NCBI GenBank assembly: GCA_012862495.1
Contig: BLSG01000321.1
Span: 1-52,479 of the forward strand
DNA length: 52,479 bases
Direction of reading: 5' to 3'
Source of the DNA: Thraustochytrium aureum
Taxonomy: Eukaryota
The position numbers and the translations under genes are program-made. This document shows, one piece after another, positions 39,371-51,843 of the stretch (positions are counted from its first letter, which is position 1; every line of letters begins with the position of its first letter). Under the pieces are notes generated by a model. It made no database searches and was not told where the DNA came from. It saw only the letters and a list, made by a program, of their open reading frames with translations.

Positions 39371-42300
39371 TCAGTTCGAGTCGGTCGGCATGGCTTTGGG
39401 CGGCTCGATGAGCTGCCTGAGCTCAACGACCTGCGGGACCGCGTGAATAAAGTCCTGAGCGAGTTGCTCAAGCTGCGGCTCTATCTCCGACTCGAATACG
39501 GTAGTGAGGGTCTCAATGAGGTCGTCGAAAGAAACGCCGCCGTTCCCGGTGACGTCTGCCTCAAAAACCATGCTTTCGGCGTCCTGGCGCGTGCACGGTA
39601 CGCCGCGCAGTTCCATTGCATCGAGGATGTCGATGGCCATGATTATGTCGTCGAGAGAGCGCTCCTGAGTCAGTTCTTTGAAGTCCTCAGCGACAGCCTC
39701 GTCCAGCTTCTCTGCTTTGATGTGATAAGCCATCATCGAGCAGAGGCTCACGAACTGCAGGACGCGCTCAGGCTTTTTTGCAGGACCATCACCGAGAGCG
39801 GAGGCGGGCAGCGCAAAGTCGGACCATTCTGCGAACATCTTCTCGAGGCGGTACGGATCCTCAGGGTGGTCCAGGTCTGCCAAGAGCTGCTGAAGCCCGT
39901 CTACCGTGAGAACTTTGTCCGGGAGAATGGGGATGAGCCCAGAGATCTCTGACGAGTGGCCAACGTCAATCTCGCGCGCATGCTTGTTGAAAAACAGAGC
40001 AAACCCCAGGATGTGCTCGTCTGAGAGCGGCTCGAGGCTTAGGTCTCGCACGATGCCCAGAAACTGGTCTTCTGAAACGGTGGCTGAACCGAGGCACCCG
40101 TGGAGCTTGAGGATGGCGTCAAGCTCAGAGTCTGTCGGGAAGTGGCCCCATATCCATCAGCGTCCGGCGAAGCTTGCTACTTGGCAGCTCGTTTGCGAAG
40201 AGCCCCGAGAGCTGGTTTGGTGGTTTGGCGAGGTGCTCGCGCGCCTCGAGGGCCGCGGCTTGATCGCCGGCGGCGGTGCGCTTGCCACGGCCGTAGAACC
40301 GGTTGGAAGCAGCGCGCTTGAGGCAAGCGACCGCGTCCGCTCTTTGCAGCTGCGACAAGTGAAGGTGCTCCCTCGTCAATTGCACGTCTACAATGCTGGC
40401 GCCGGCTTGGCCACCCAGCTCTGCGTGGCTCCCGCTTGGCGCATGATAGAAATTGCTTCGCTTCAGATCCGGCCGGAAGCACAACGCCTTGCTGCGCGCG
40501 CTGCGGCGAGAAGCGTCCGTCACGTGCGATTTGGTTCTGCCAATCATGTCGTTGTGGCTCGCTTGCCTCGTGTACCCGTGCCCCTCGCGGTCGCCGTCTG
40601 GGCCGAAAATGGCCTTGATGGACACGCGCTCCGGCGCGCGGCCAGCATTTGGTGGGAGAGTCGCCGCCGTATCCAGGCCGAGATTTGCAACAGAGTTCGG
40701 CAAGTGGGCCATCCCGCTGGAGTTGTGGCCAATCGATCGATTGGAGGACCGCCGGTTTCTTCCCGAGTCAGCACCCGCATAAAAATCAGGATCTGCAGAG
40801 CGCGGAGCCAGTGGGGCCTGTGCAGCGCTGGAATCCAACGCAGACAGCGTCCCAGCCTCCTCGCTCGACTTGGGCTGCGTCTGCGGGAGAGAAAGAGAAA
40901 GAGAAAGAGGAGACGGCGTAACGCCGTCCTCTGGCGCGCTCGTGAGCGCTGGTGTTGCGTCGGCGAGCATCTGCGCCCTGGCCTGCTCCTCACGCAGCTC
41001 GATCCTGGACTGCTTCATGATCATGCGCCCAACAGAGCGAGACGTGGACTTGAGGTGGGTCTCTGGTATGCCTGGCGCTGGCGACGCCTGCTGGGTTGTC
41101 GCATGGCGCAAAGTTGAAGAGGCAAGGGCATCGCGTGACATCGGCTGCCCAAGACTTGGCTCATGGTCGAGTGAGGAACGGATGAGCCCCTCAGTAGAGG
41201 ACCCGGCTGGCGTCGAAGACGCCGACGCGACGGTTGTCGACGCGTTGGTCGGCGTCGTCGACGCGTTGGACATGAGCGGCCCCTTCGCTCTTGGTGATTC
41301 TGGCGTGAGCGCGCCACCGGGCGGCTGCGCCTTGTCCGCCTTGGACAGAGGCCATTGAGCCCTCCTGAGATTTCAACTGGCCGCTGGGTCTACTTGACAA
41401 ACCCCGCTGCGCCTCTTGCGAATCGTCCTGGTTGAATTGTTGAGCAAAGCTGCCACGTTTTCCGCGGTAGGCGCCGAGGGCGACGACACGAGGCGCGCGG
41501 TTGAGGAGGGCGACGACTCATAGTTCGAGGCGGCAAAATTGGAGGGCGCGTAGTGCGAGCCGCCGTAGCGCGAACCGCCGTAGTGCGAGCCGCCGTAGTG
41601 CGAGCCGCGAGTGCTGCGTTCGCCTGCCCCGCCGCCGTCGCGGTAGAACGACTGCGTGCGGGCGCCTAGCTGAAACGACTTGTGGTCTGCAATTGTGTCA
41701 AAGTGACGCCTCGTCGAGGTTTCCGCCCCGGAACGCGCGAGGCGCTCATGAAGCGACCAGTGGTCGACGACGTCCAGCTCGCGCGCGAGTCGGTTGCGAA
41801 CCCTCGCGGTGTGCCGCAGAACGTTGCGATGAATCTCAAAGGCAACGTCTGGGTTGCGGGCCTCGAGCAGCTTGAGGTTTTCGCGGGAGAGCGCGAGGAC
41901 GACAGAGTCCTCGTCCGCAATAACGGTATGCGAGAGCGGGAACTCGACAAAGAGCGCGTCCTCGTTGATAAACGCGCCGCGGTGATGCGACTGCAGGCGG
42001 ATCAATGATTCGTCCATCCGTATCATGTAGGACGTGAGCCGTCCATGCTGCAGCAGAAAGAGGTGCGGGTTCACTTCGCCTGCGGTGCACAGATGGGCCC
42101 CTAAGGGAACGCGGATGGGCTGAATGTATCTCCACACAGAATCGCCGAGGTGGCCGCCCAGGATGTGCTCGAACGGCTCGTGCTGGGCCTTGAGGCGCGC
42201 TTGCTCGTGCAATACGCGAAACGATTCAAAGAACACGAGCCACTTTTGACGCACAGCGCTTGCTTGTTCGAGAAGGCGCTCCTCGACCCACTCCATGGCC

Positions 42301-45029
42301 AGGTCGAGCGTCGGAAAGACGCGCCGGTACTCGGGGGGGAAATCGAGATTGAGGTAGTAGTCTGCCGTTGTCGGCGGGCGCGGCTGGTCGCTGCTGTCCA
42401 GAAACCCTGTTGCTTCCTCAGGACCAACCTCGAGCGGATCGTCGGAGCCGTCGCTGGGGTTGCGGCGGCGGCGGCGGCGGCGGTGGGCGCTACTGCTACT
42501 GTCCTGTTCCATGCCGTGCTCCGTCGTAGGAACGCTCGGGTCGTCGTCGAGGTAGTCGCGTTCCGCGAGCCGCGCCGCGGGAGGCAACGAGCCGCCCGCC
42601 TGCTTTGGCAGGTTTGGAAACGCCTTGTTGCGGTCAGCGCTCGGGCCAGAGACGCCTGGGCTGCAGCCCATTTTACGCTGAAGGGAGGCGCGACGCCTTG
42701 CCGAAGAGAGCGGAAACGTAGGAAGCAAGGCGGGTTGTGCGTGGGACAGAGAGGATCTCAGGCATGAGGAGGTCGGCGCGCTTTGTCTCGCCAGCCTTGA
42801 GGCCCGAGTAGTGGACGAGGTCGATGATCCCCTCGCTCTTCAAGCGCCGGTACACCTTGTCCGACATGCCCGTGAAGACGATGGTAAACCTGCGTGAAGG
42901 AGGCTTTGGCTTGGGCTTGCGCGCAAACCTTTGCTTGAGCAATCGGAGCAGCACGTTTGTCTCCCAGGCGGAAGGCGCGGCATTCACTGTTTGCCTGTGT
43001 AGGCCTCGGTGCGGGTTGCTCTCCTCGCGGCGGCGGCCGGATAGCTCGTGCTCGTTGCCGCCCGCCAAGTCGCCATGGCATGTCCCAGGAAGCACGTTCA
43101 GCGAAGAACATTGTCCGTGCTCGAGGTCGGATTGCGCAGCGCTGCCATCGACGGCGCTGCGGAGTCCACCCGCAGCTGCACTGGCCGCTGCGGCTCTCCT
43201 CGCATGGACGCGGCGCTGCGCCTCTTCGACTTGAATGGCGCCTTGGTGCGACTCTACGAGCTGCGCAACGAGCTCTCCGAGGGTTCCGCACGCCGTAAAG
43301 TCGATGCCATATACGTCTTCAAAGTCGAACACGATGGTGTTGATGTTGTGAGGGGCGCTCGCCACTGAGGCCGGGAACGAATGGCCAAACTCCGAATAGT
43401 CAGAGTCAATGTCAATGCTCCCGCCGCGTTGGAGGCCGTCGTCGCTCGGTCCTGGGCCCTCGTCGATGATGTCTCGCACGAGCTCGGTGATCTGGCTGGC
43501 CGAACCGAAAAAGATGTAGCGTTTGAGCTTGATGATGACAACCTGCGAGCTAAGGTGCTCAAGCTTGGTGTCCTCCTGCGTGCTCCGTATCACTGAGCTC
43601 TGAAAATCTTTGCCGCTGAGGACGGCCTTGATGACGCCAGTCTTGCTGTACTGGATGACGAACAAAACAAAGGAGAGCATCACGCCGACGATGACGGCTA
43701 CGAGCATGGAGAGAACCTGGCTGAGGACGACGATTGCGATGACGGTCAAGTATTCGAACAAGCTGAGGCGGTTTTGCGTCCAGGTGTCGATGAGGTTTTC
43801 CACGACGAAGCCGATGCCAGCGTAGATGAGCATTGCGCCAACGAAGAAGCGCGGGAGGTAGTTGATAAGCGGGAACCCCGCGAGGAAGAGCCCGCCGTTG
43901 AATAGTGCTGCGATGATGCCCGGGAGGCGGCTCTCCTTGTTGTGGATGATGCCATAGTTGAGGTTGGTAAACTTGAGCTGCGCATACCCAGGCGCACCCA
44001 CGCAAAACAGCATTAGGAGATTGGCCTTGCCCCCGAGGCGCATTTCGTGGTCGTAGTCAATCTCGGCTATACCGAGCTGTTTTTTGGTGCCGCTGATCTT
44101 GAGCAGGCTGTCGAGGGTCACGATGATGATCATGATGAACATGATCGGGATCTCTGTCGCGAGGGCGTCCCACTCGATGAACTGGGCCATGCCGAAGCTC
44201 TGCGTCCACTGGTCTATGAGCAGAACCGCGTTGTAGCGGTCGTATAGCCACGTACAGGATATGTTTTGCGTGGGGCAGAGGTTGATCTCGCGCACAGTGT
44301 CGAGGTCGTTTCCGGTGGCGAAGACGCAGACGTAAAATAGTGCGAAAGGGCCGAACAAGCACAAGGGAACGACCCAGATCGGAGAGCCCAGGTGCATGCG
44401 CTTTGTGACGTAGAGCAGCACGCCGATGGGAACGGCCGGTGCAAGGAGAGCCCAGAACTGCCAATATCCCGGGTGGTGTGCGAGCTCGTCGCCGACGCAC
44501 GCCTTCACGGCCTTGATCATGATGATGATGCCGACCGCAGCAAGAAACCCGCTCAGAACCGCGGCGGGCATGAACTGGACAATGCGGGTGAGCCGGAATC
44601 GCCCTAGGCAATAGAACCAAAGCCCCGTAGCCGCCGAGCCGATTATTATTGAGAACAGAATGGTCGTGAGCACGATCTGGTCGCGGTTCGGAGCGTTCGG
44701 GCCGTACTTGTCGTCCACGAAAGACCCCGTATGCACTGCCATTTGGGCGAAGAAGATGGTTGGGTTGATGTCTGGCCCTGCGATGGAGAGCGGGCAGTCT
44801 GAGTAGATGGCGAACGGAGCCCGACCACGAACGCGGTGATCGTGTTGGTGCCCGCCCCGAGCGGGACAAACTCTTGCAAGCCCACTTCGGGCGGCCCAAA
44901 GACCAGCGAGGCAAAGACGTAGCAGAAAACAAACATCAGCAGTCCATTCACGATGCCGGACAGCACCTCCGTGACGAGCTGCAGCGCGCGTTGCTGGACG
45001 CTCTCGCGTTTGCCGGCGTGGACCGGCAT
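39371..45029 (-). CDS. SulP/SLC26-family anion transporter with STAS and cNMP-binding domains, apparently continuing into a calmodulin-like EF-hand C-terminus; broken into five ORFs by indels and one in-frame stop
   Basis: TM region IAGPDINP.., LGRFRLTRIVQFMPAAVLSGFLAAVG, DYDHEM..GKAN, YLPRFFVGAMLIYAG; STAS KRYIFFGSA..IVFDFEDVYGIDFT; cNMP-binding LCTAGEVNPHLFLLQHGRL..TVIADEDSVVLALSRENLKLLE; EF-hand-like AESMVFEADVTGNGGVSFDDLI. Whether 39371-41273 belongs to the same gene is uncertain. Confidence 0.75.
41551..41608 (-). repeat. 15-bp coding tandem repeat encoding (GGSHY/GGSRY) x4
   Basis: tagtgcgagccgccg / tagcgcgaaccgccg units. Confidence 0.85.
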
Positions 45030-45893
45030 TCCCAGGTCTTCTAACTTTTACGAGGCAGCGTCAGCAACTTGCGCTCGCCCTTTCGCTTGCTGCAGGTGCC
45101 TGCCGGACCAGAGCTTGAGTAAGCGCGTCGGCCGCCCTCTGCTCGCGGCTCTTTCTCAGCGAGGCCCGCACCTCGGCCGCCCCCGGACCCGCGCGCTCTG
45201 CGTGCTTGCATTCGATGTTGAGAACAGCAAAAGCAGCAAAAGCAAACCCAGTAAAAGAACAACCGACCATTCTCGAAGAACAAAATGCCCCAANNNNNNN
45301 NNNNNNNNNNNNNNNNNNNNNNNNNNNNNNNNNNNNNNNNNNNNNNNNNNNNNNNNNNNNNNNNNNNNNNNNNNNNNNNNNNNNNNNNNNNNNNNNNNNN
45401 NNNNNNNNNNNNNNNNNNNNNNNNNNNNNNNNNNNNNNNNNNNNNNNNNNNNNNNNNNNNNNNNNNNNNNNNNNNNNNNNNNNNNNNNNNNNNNNNNNNN
45501 NNNNNNNNNNNNNNNNNNNNNNNNNNNNNNNNNNNNNNNNNNNNNNNNNNNNNNNNNNNNNNNNNNNNNNNNNNNNNNNNNNNNNNNNNNNNNNNNNNNN
45601 NNNNNNNNNNNNNNNNNNNNNNNNNNNNNNNNNNNNNNNNNNNNNNNNNNNNNNNNNNNNNNNNNNNNNNNNNNNNNNNNNNNNNNNNNNNNNNNNNNNN
45701 NNNNNNNNNNNNNNNNNNNNNNNNNNNNNNNNNNNNNNNNNNNNNNNNNNNNNNNNNNNNNNNNNNNNNNNNNNNNNNNNNNNNNNNNNNNNNNNAGCCT
45801 TGCGGCGCGGCGCGGGGCGAGGGCACGGCTGGCTTATAGATAGAGGACGGCGCGCGAGCGGGCCCAGAGGCTTGGGCTGTACGCTTCGCCGGG

Positions 45894-47111
45894 ATGACGG
45901 CAAGGCGGGCAGGGCGGACGGCGACGACCGCTGTCGTTGGGCTTCTGGTCTTGTCAGCCGCGATGCATCGAGGAACGCAAGGCGCGCAAGAGCTTGGACT
46001 GGCTCGGCGCGGCCCTGAACTCGTGGCTGGGGCAACCACGCTCGCGTTGTTTTCAGCCCACGGAGCTTGCGCGGGTCTGGCTTCCGGCGGCGCTGCCTGC
46101 GTGGATCAACTTGCCGAAGAGCATCATCTGGAGGGGGAGCGAGCCGCCGAAGCAGATGCCGAGCGCGGAAAGGGAGGGCTAGGCCAGCTCGATGCAGACC
46201 AAGATGAAGAGTTTCAGGACGAACGCGAGGAGCTGAGCAAGCGGGGCTTTGACGAGGCGGGGAACTGCATCGATGAAGACGTGGAGTGCCCCACCTGGGC
46301 CAGCGAAGGCGAGTGCCGCGCCAACCCGAAATACATGCTTTTCCACTGCCGTGTGAGCTGTGGGACATGCGAGTCGGTGTGCGTGAGGCAGGGCCCGCAA
46401 GAGCCGCTGGTTGTGGCCGGAGGCTTGCGCAAGCTGTTTCACGAGGTTTTGAGTCGCGCAAGAGACCAAGGTGTACGGCATCAAGTTCTCTCGGAAGGCC
46501 CGTGGATCGTCCAGCTCGACAACCTTTTGTCCGATAGCGAGTGTGACTTGCTGCTGAGGGCTGCGAAGCAAGATTTTGAGCGCAGCACTGAAGCTGGAGA
46601 GCTTGTTCGCGACGGGGAAACCGCCACCATACGGTCGTCGTACCGCACGAGCGAGACGGCATTCTGCATCGATGAGTGCGACGAAGAACCTGCCGTCCTC
46701 GCAATCCAGGAGCGCGTGGCGCGTCTAGTCGGGGCTTCGACCTCAAACTTGGAGTATCTCCAGTTCGTCAAGTACCGCGTGGGCGAGTACTACAGGACAC
46801 ATCATGACTCGCACCCAAGTTTTGTGTCGATGCCGATGGGGCCGCGTGTGCTCACGCTATTCATGTACCTCACCGATGTGGAGGACGGCGGGGAGACCGA
46901 TTTCCCAGATCTTGGCGTGCGCGTCAAGCCAGTGAAGGGCAGGGCAGTTCTCTGGGCGAACATGCGCGACGATGACCCGGACCGGATTGACGGGCGGGCG
47001 AACCATCAAGCTCTGCCGCCCAAAGGCGAGGGCTCGGTCAAGGTGGGAGCAAACTTTTGGATCTACCAGTTTGACTACCGTTCGCCGTGGAAGGTGTGGT
47101 GCACAGGGTGA
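45894..47111 (+). CDS. ShKT-domain prolyl 4-hydroxylase (2OG-Fe(II) oxygenase)
   Basis: ShK CIDEDVECPTWASEGECRANPKYMLFHCRVSCGTC; PWIVQLDNLLSDSECD, RTSETA, YYRTHHD (HxD), RVLTLFMYLTDVEDGGETDFP, HQALPP..KVGANFWI. Confidence 0.92.
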   Translation: MTARRAGRTATTAVVGLLVLSAAMHRGTQGAQELGLARRGPELVAGATTLALFSAHGACAGLASGGAACVDQLAEEHHLEGERAAEADAERGKGGLGQLDADQDEEFQDEREELSKRGFDEAGNCIDEDVECPTWASEGECRANPKYMLFHCRVSCGTCESVCVRQGPQEPLVVAGGLRKLFHEVLSRARDQGVRHQVLSEGPWIVQLDNLLSDSECDLLLRAAKQDFERSTEAGELVRDGETATIRSSYRTSETAFCIDECDEEPAVLAIQERVARLVGASTSNLEYLQFVKYRVGEYYRTHHDSHPSFVSMPMGPRVLTLFMYLTDVEDGGETDFPDLGVRVKPVKGRAVLWANMRDDDPDRIDGRANHQALPPKGEGSVKVGANFWIYQFDYRSPWKVWCTG

Positions 47112-47354
47112 CGCCATGGCGTCCAGGCGCACGCCGCGAGCAGCACCGGATTGGCACATGGCCAGCAGTCAGTCGTGTGCCGAAGGCGGCAGACAGAGAG
47201 ACGCGCTGAAAAAGAAAAAGAAATAGAAATAGAAAAGAAAGAAACAGAAAAAAAGATTTTCATGGTTGACGTTGCGCGTGCGCAAGCGCCACACAGCCCA
47301 AAGGGTTTGATTTATAGTGCTCAACGCACCCGGCAGCGATAACGGCCAGTTGCA

Positions 47355-48041
47355 TTACAAGCTGGTTCCAACGCACTCCACCACGCCAGAATCAGCGATC
47401 CGGATAGTCTTGCCATTGGGGCAGCCACAGTTCGGGACTTTCGGGCAGTCAATGCCAAGACAGCCAACGTCGTGAAGCTCAAGGGGGCCCCTGCAGTGCA
47501 GATCGCCAGTGCAATCGCTCGCGCTCTCCAAGCACGTGCCGTCTTCGTTCAATGCCTTGGGGAATGCGCAGCCGCAACCAACCTCGATAGCAATAGGAGC
47601 TTCTGAGCCAGTCTTGGAGCAGAGCGCGAGGTTGTTGATGGTGGGCTTGTCCGCAAAGGTGAAGCCATTGGCGCAGCCATTGTCGCTGGAGCTCACCAGT
47701 GGGACGCAGGTCTTGTACTTTTCCGAGCCCTTCTGGCACACCAGCCCAGGCGAGCACTCTTTCGTGGAGTCGCAGCGCCTGGTGTTGAGCCCGCACGGCT
47801 TGGCCTTGGTGCAACTCCTCTTGTTGCTTCGCTTGCCGCACTTGTTGTTGACCAGGCACACCAAGTTGCCCCTGCAAAACGAGTCGTTGTCTCTGCAGTT
47901 GCCCTGGTTCTTCCTGCAGGGCGCGGCCTCTGAGCAAGCGCGAAGCTCGCGGCTCTCGTCGACGGTCACGATCTCTGGCGCCGCTCCGGCGGCCAGCGCA
48001 GCGGCGCACGCGCCAACCGCGACCCAGACGCTCCAGCGCAT
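47355..48041 (-). CDS. Secreted cysteine-rich protein
   Basis: Signal peptide MRWSVWVAVGACAAALAAG; repeated C-x4-PC..C..C.GL.C modules; paralogous to 49801-50553. Confidence 0.75.
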   Translation of the reverse strand: MRWSVWVAVGACAAALAAGAAPEIVTVDESRELRACSEAAPCRKNQGNCRDNDSFCRGNLVCLVNNKCGKRSNKRSCTKAKPCGLNTRRCDSTKECSPGLVCQKGSEKYKTCVPLVSSSDNGCANGFTFADKPTINNLALCSKTGSEAPIAIEVGCGCAFPKALNEDGTCLESASDCTGDLHCRGPLELHDVGCLGIDCPKVPNCGCPNGKTIRIADSGVVECVGTSL

Positions 48042-49800
48042 CTTCGCTTGCTGCTGCTCGGTGCTCGGCCTTCGCTGCTTTGCCTGCTGCGGCTGTGGTT
48101 GCGGTGCTGCTGCGCTTGCGTTCGGGGTCTGGGAGGCCGTGCGAGCCCAGATGTGCCTGACCGCGCGCGCCACATCGCCGCACTTTCCATTTTTTTCCAT
48201 TTTTTTCATTCATTCCTCAATTTTTCTTCCTTTTTTCATTCATTCTCTTTTTCTTCATTCATGTTTCAAGTTCATTGTTTTCTCGTCGAGGATGAACGAG
48301 TGAAAAAAGTGTGAAAAGGGAGAGTTTAGTTTGTGATGGCGAGCCACCGGGAGGAAAGCGAGGCGGCGGCTCGAGGTGCGGCCCTGCAACGCGAAGAACG
48401 CGCTCCGCCGCCGTGAGGCGCCCGGCGGCCTTCCCTCGCACCTCACAAGATGCAGAATGGATTGCGCCTCACACTCGAGTGCGCCTCCTCTCAGCTCCAG
48501 CCCGACGGAGAACGATGGGCAGCGGTGGGAAACGATAGAGTATCGACGCAAAGTGTTGAGAATTGAACTGATTGCTCACCTTCGATCGACTCCCGATTAG
48601 AATCGGCGCTGAGCAGGCGCCGTTGGCGTGTGGTCCTCACAGACGATGGCGTCACACCGTGTCTGGCATTAACAATGTGACTCTGCAAGGCCGCGCTTGG
48701 GAACAGAGACCCGGCGATTGGTTCAGCGGGGACATGTGTCCGTACGTGGACTGAACGCATTGGCACGAAAAAAAAAAGAGAAAACTTCNNNNNNNNNNNN
48801 NNNNNNNNNNNNNNNNNNNNNNNNNNNNNNNNNNNNNNNNNNNNNNNNNNNNNNNNNNNNNNNNNNNNNNNNNNNNNNNNNNNNNNNNNNNNNNNNNNNN
48901 NNNNNNNNNNNNNNNNNNNNNNNNNNNNNNNNNNNNNNNNNNNNNNNNNNNNNNNNNNNNNNNNNNNNNNNNNNNNNNNNNNNNNNNNNNNNNNNNNNNN
49001 NNNNNNNNNNNNNNNNNNNNNNNCAACTTGCTTCGAGCACCGACTCCGATGAGAGCGCGTCGGTAGCCCGAGGGTATGTACTCGATTGCTTCGCGTGCGA
49101 ACGTTGGCTGACGCTGCCACGGATGAATGGCGAGTGAGACTTGCAGAGGTTCAGTTGGCCTTCGGCGATGGCTGCCTTCATCAAGGAAGAAGGAAGGATG
49201 AGTTTCATTCAAGGAAGAGTGGAAGGCCATCCTGGCCAACGAACGATTGCTGGCCACCGAACGAGAACGATTGCTGGCAAGTGCTGGACTTGGATGATCC
49301 ACCCACGAATCATGATGATGAATCTGACATTCCACGTGCTGATGGCGTTGGTGGCTGGGTGGTCATGATGGTGGTGACACTGGGGACACGTTCGATCGAT
49401 GATCGTCGATCGTCGATCGAATCGAGTGATTGACACCGTCTTCTAATTGTGGTGATGGATCAATCAATTGATCATTGGTAAGTGAGTAAGATGCAAGTGA
49501 GTGATTTTCTTCATTCCTTCATGAAATCGGTCAAGAAAGTGCAAGGCAACTTGACTGGCAGCACTGGCAGGATCGAGGCGACGCGGGCGGGCTTGATTTG
49601 GCAGAGGCAACAAAAATGACAGGATTGGGTCACACGGTCGATTTGATTTATTTTCTTTTCGGGTTTTAGGTTTACGGTGAGTAGGTAGGTACTCGTACTC
49701 CTGAACGAGCGTGTCGCGAGCGTGTTTGAGCCGCCTCGGCGGCAACTTGGAGGCTTGGGAGCACAAATGCAGCGTGTCCTTGCTGTTCCATGCTCTCGAG

Positions 49801-50553
49801 CTACGCGCTGCCAGGAGCGTTCGGGCACTCTTTCGCGGCGCGGCACACGGGCGGGCCGCCCGCAACCATCTCGGTGTACTCCGGGCAGCCGCAACCGGGA
49901 ACAGCGACCCTGGTCATCGCGCACATGATCGGCTCGCCAGAGCACACGTTGGGACATGGCTTGACGGAATACATGACCTGGCCTGCGGGGCACTCATTCG
50001 CAGGCTCGCCGCCGTCGGCTCCGACGGCACTGCTGCAGTCATCCACGCAGGTTTGCGAGGTAGGTTCCAGGAAGTTGGAGCATCCGCAACCCTCAGACAC
50101 GTCCCGTCCTGGCTCAGGCCTCGATCTGCTACTCGGCTCTGTCCCACATCTTCGCGTGATCTCGGGGAAGACCATCCACTCGAGATTGTTTTGGCACCGC
50201 GGAGAGCCGCAGACCTTGTGGCCAACATCGCGGTTCAATTTGCAGCTGAGCCCAGCAAGGCAGTCCGAGGACGATCTGCAACGCTTGGAACCAAACATGC
50301 CGCATCGGCGGGCCCTAGAGCATGCGAGCTTGCTCCTTGTGCTGCCACAGTTGTTGTTGCTCAAGCAAACGAGCTCGCCCAAGCAATTGTTGTCGCTCCC
50401 TTGGCAGCTGCCCTCTCGCTGTCCGCAAGGCGTCTCCTCGGTGCAGGCCGCGCGCCGCAGAGACCTCCCCTCTTCACCTGGCGCAGCGCCGGCGGCCACC
50501 GCGCTCACGAGAGCCAGGAGAGCAAACAGCGCCGTCCATTGGGTCGCGACCAT
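49801..50553 (-). CDS. Secreted cysteine-rich protein with C-terminal TIL-like modules
   Basis: Signal peptide MVATQWTALFALLALVSAVAAG; CTEETPCGQREGSCQGSDNNCLGELVCLSNNNCG; TIL-like ECPAGQV..PCPNVC..C..PGCGCP..C....CP. Confidence 0.75.
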   Translation of the reverse strand: MVATQWTALFALLALVSAVAAGAAPGEEGRSLRRAACTEETPCGQREGSCQGSDNNCLGELVCLSNNNCGSTRSKLACSRARRCGMFGSKRCRSSSDCLAGLSCKLNRDVGHKVCGSPRCQNNLEWMVFPEITRRCGTEPSSRSRPEPGRDVSEGCGCSNFLEPTSQTCVDDCSSAVGADGGEPANECPAGQVMYSVKPCPNVCSGEPIMCAMTRVAVPGCGCPEYTEMVAGGPPVCRAAKECPNAPGSA

Positions 50554-51415
50554 CTCGGCTCCCACAGGAGAACAAACGCGCTCTCCGTCAGCGCAACAGA
50601 GGCCTGCCTTCGCCAACCAAGACAGCGTCGCTCGCCGGCCGTCTTCCGCTGGCCGCCTGATGACTGACTGACTGCCCGGGCTTTGGTGACTGCCTGCTCG
50701 AATGGCTGTCTTCGAGTTGGCTCCTGCTCAACGTGTCTTTTACTTGTGGCTGAAATTGATGAAAGAACAGCTCCGTCCCGTCGTGCAGGAGTGGGAAGCG
50801 GTGCTCGACCATTGGCGCTGGCGGTTGAATGGATGACGGGGCTTGGCCCGTGCTCGCGAGCAACGCTGGAAACCGCCTCAAGNNNNNNNNNNNNNNNNNN
50901 NNNNNNNNNNNNNNNNNNNNNNNNNNNNNNNNNNNNNNNNNNNNNNNNNNNNNNNNNNNNNNNNNNNNNNNNNNNNNNNNNNNNNNNNNNNNNNNNNNNN
51001 NNNNNNNNNNNNNNNNNNNNNNNNNNNNNNNNNNNNNNNNNNNNNNNNNNNNNNNNNNNNNNNNNNNNNNNNNNNNNNNNNNNNNNNNNNNNNNNNNNNN
51101 NNNNNNNNNNNNNNNNNNNNNNNNNNNNNNNNNNNNNNNNNNNNNNNNNNNNNNNNNNNNNNNNNNNNNNNNNNNNNNNNNNNNNNNNNNNNNNNNNNNN
51201 NNNNNNNNNNNNNNNNNNNNNNNNNNNNNNNNNNNNNNNNNNNNNNNNNNNNNNNNNNNNNNNNNNNNNNNNNNNNNNNNNNNNNNNNNNNNNNNNNNNN
51301 NNNNNNNNNNNNNNNNNNNNNNNNNNNNNNNNNNNNNNNNNNNNNNNNNNNNNNNNNNNNNNNNNNNNNNNNNNNNNNNNNNNNNNNNNNNNNNNNNNNN
51401 NNNNNNNNNNNNNNT

Positions 51416-51719
51416 CCGGGAGCGCAAGTTTCAGCTCAAGGTGTTCCAGCCGCTGCACAAGCTCGACCGCCGCGCGCGCGCGACGCCGCCGTCAGAGAGG
51501 CTCGACAAGCTGCTTGCAGTGCTTCGCCAAGAGCACGCCGCGCAGGCAGCCGCGCTGCGCAGCGAGCAGGTCGACTTTGCCCTCGAGCAAACCGCGAAAT
51601 CGGTAGCGGCCGAACTGGCTGCTCTTGAAGAGGCGAGGGGTAGGCGCGCCACGCGCGCCGAGATTCGCCAACTGCTAAGGCGCCGACTCCTCGAGCAGGG
51701 CAGGACCCTGCCACGCTAG
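51416..51719 (+). CDS. 3' end of a hypothetical helical protein; 5' part in the N-gap
   Basis: Open frame with host-like codon usage, RKFQLKVFQPLHKLD...LLEQGRTLPR*; no recognisable motif. Confidence 0.4.
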
Positions 51720-51843
51720 GCGCGCAGATGCCTCGCAACGCGCAGCAGCACCGCGCGAACTCGCTCACGCGCGAGAGGTAGCAATTAGTAGACTGGAGGA
51801 GCGGCCTACCTGGGCGCCATGCGGGGAATGTCGTGGCGCTCCT

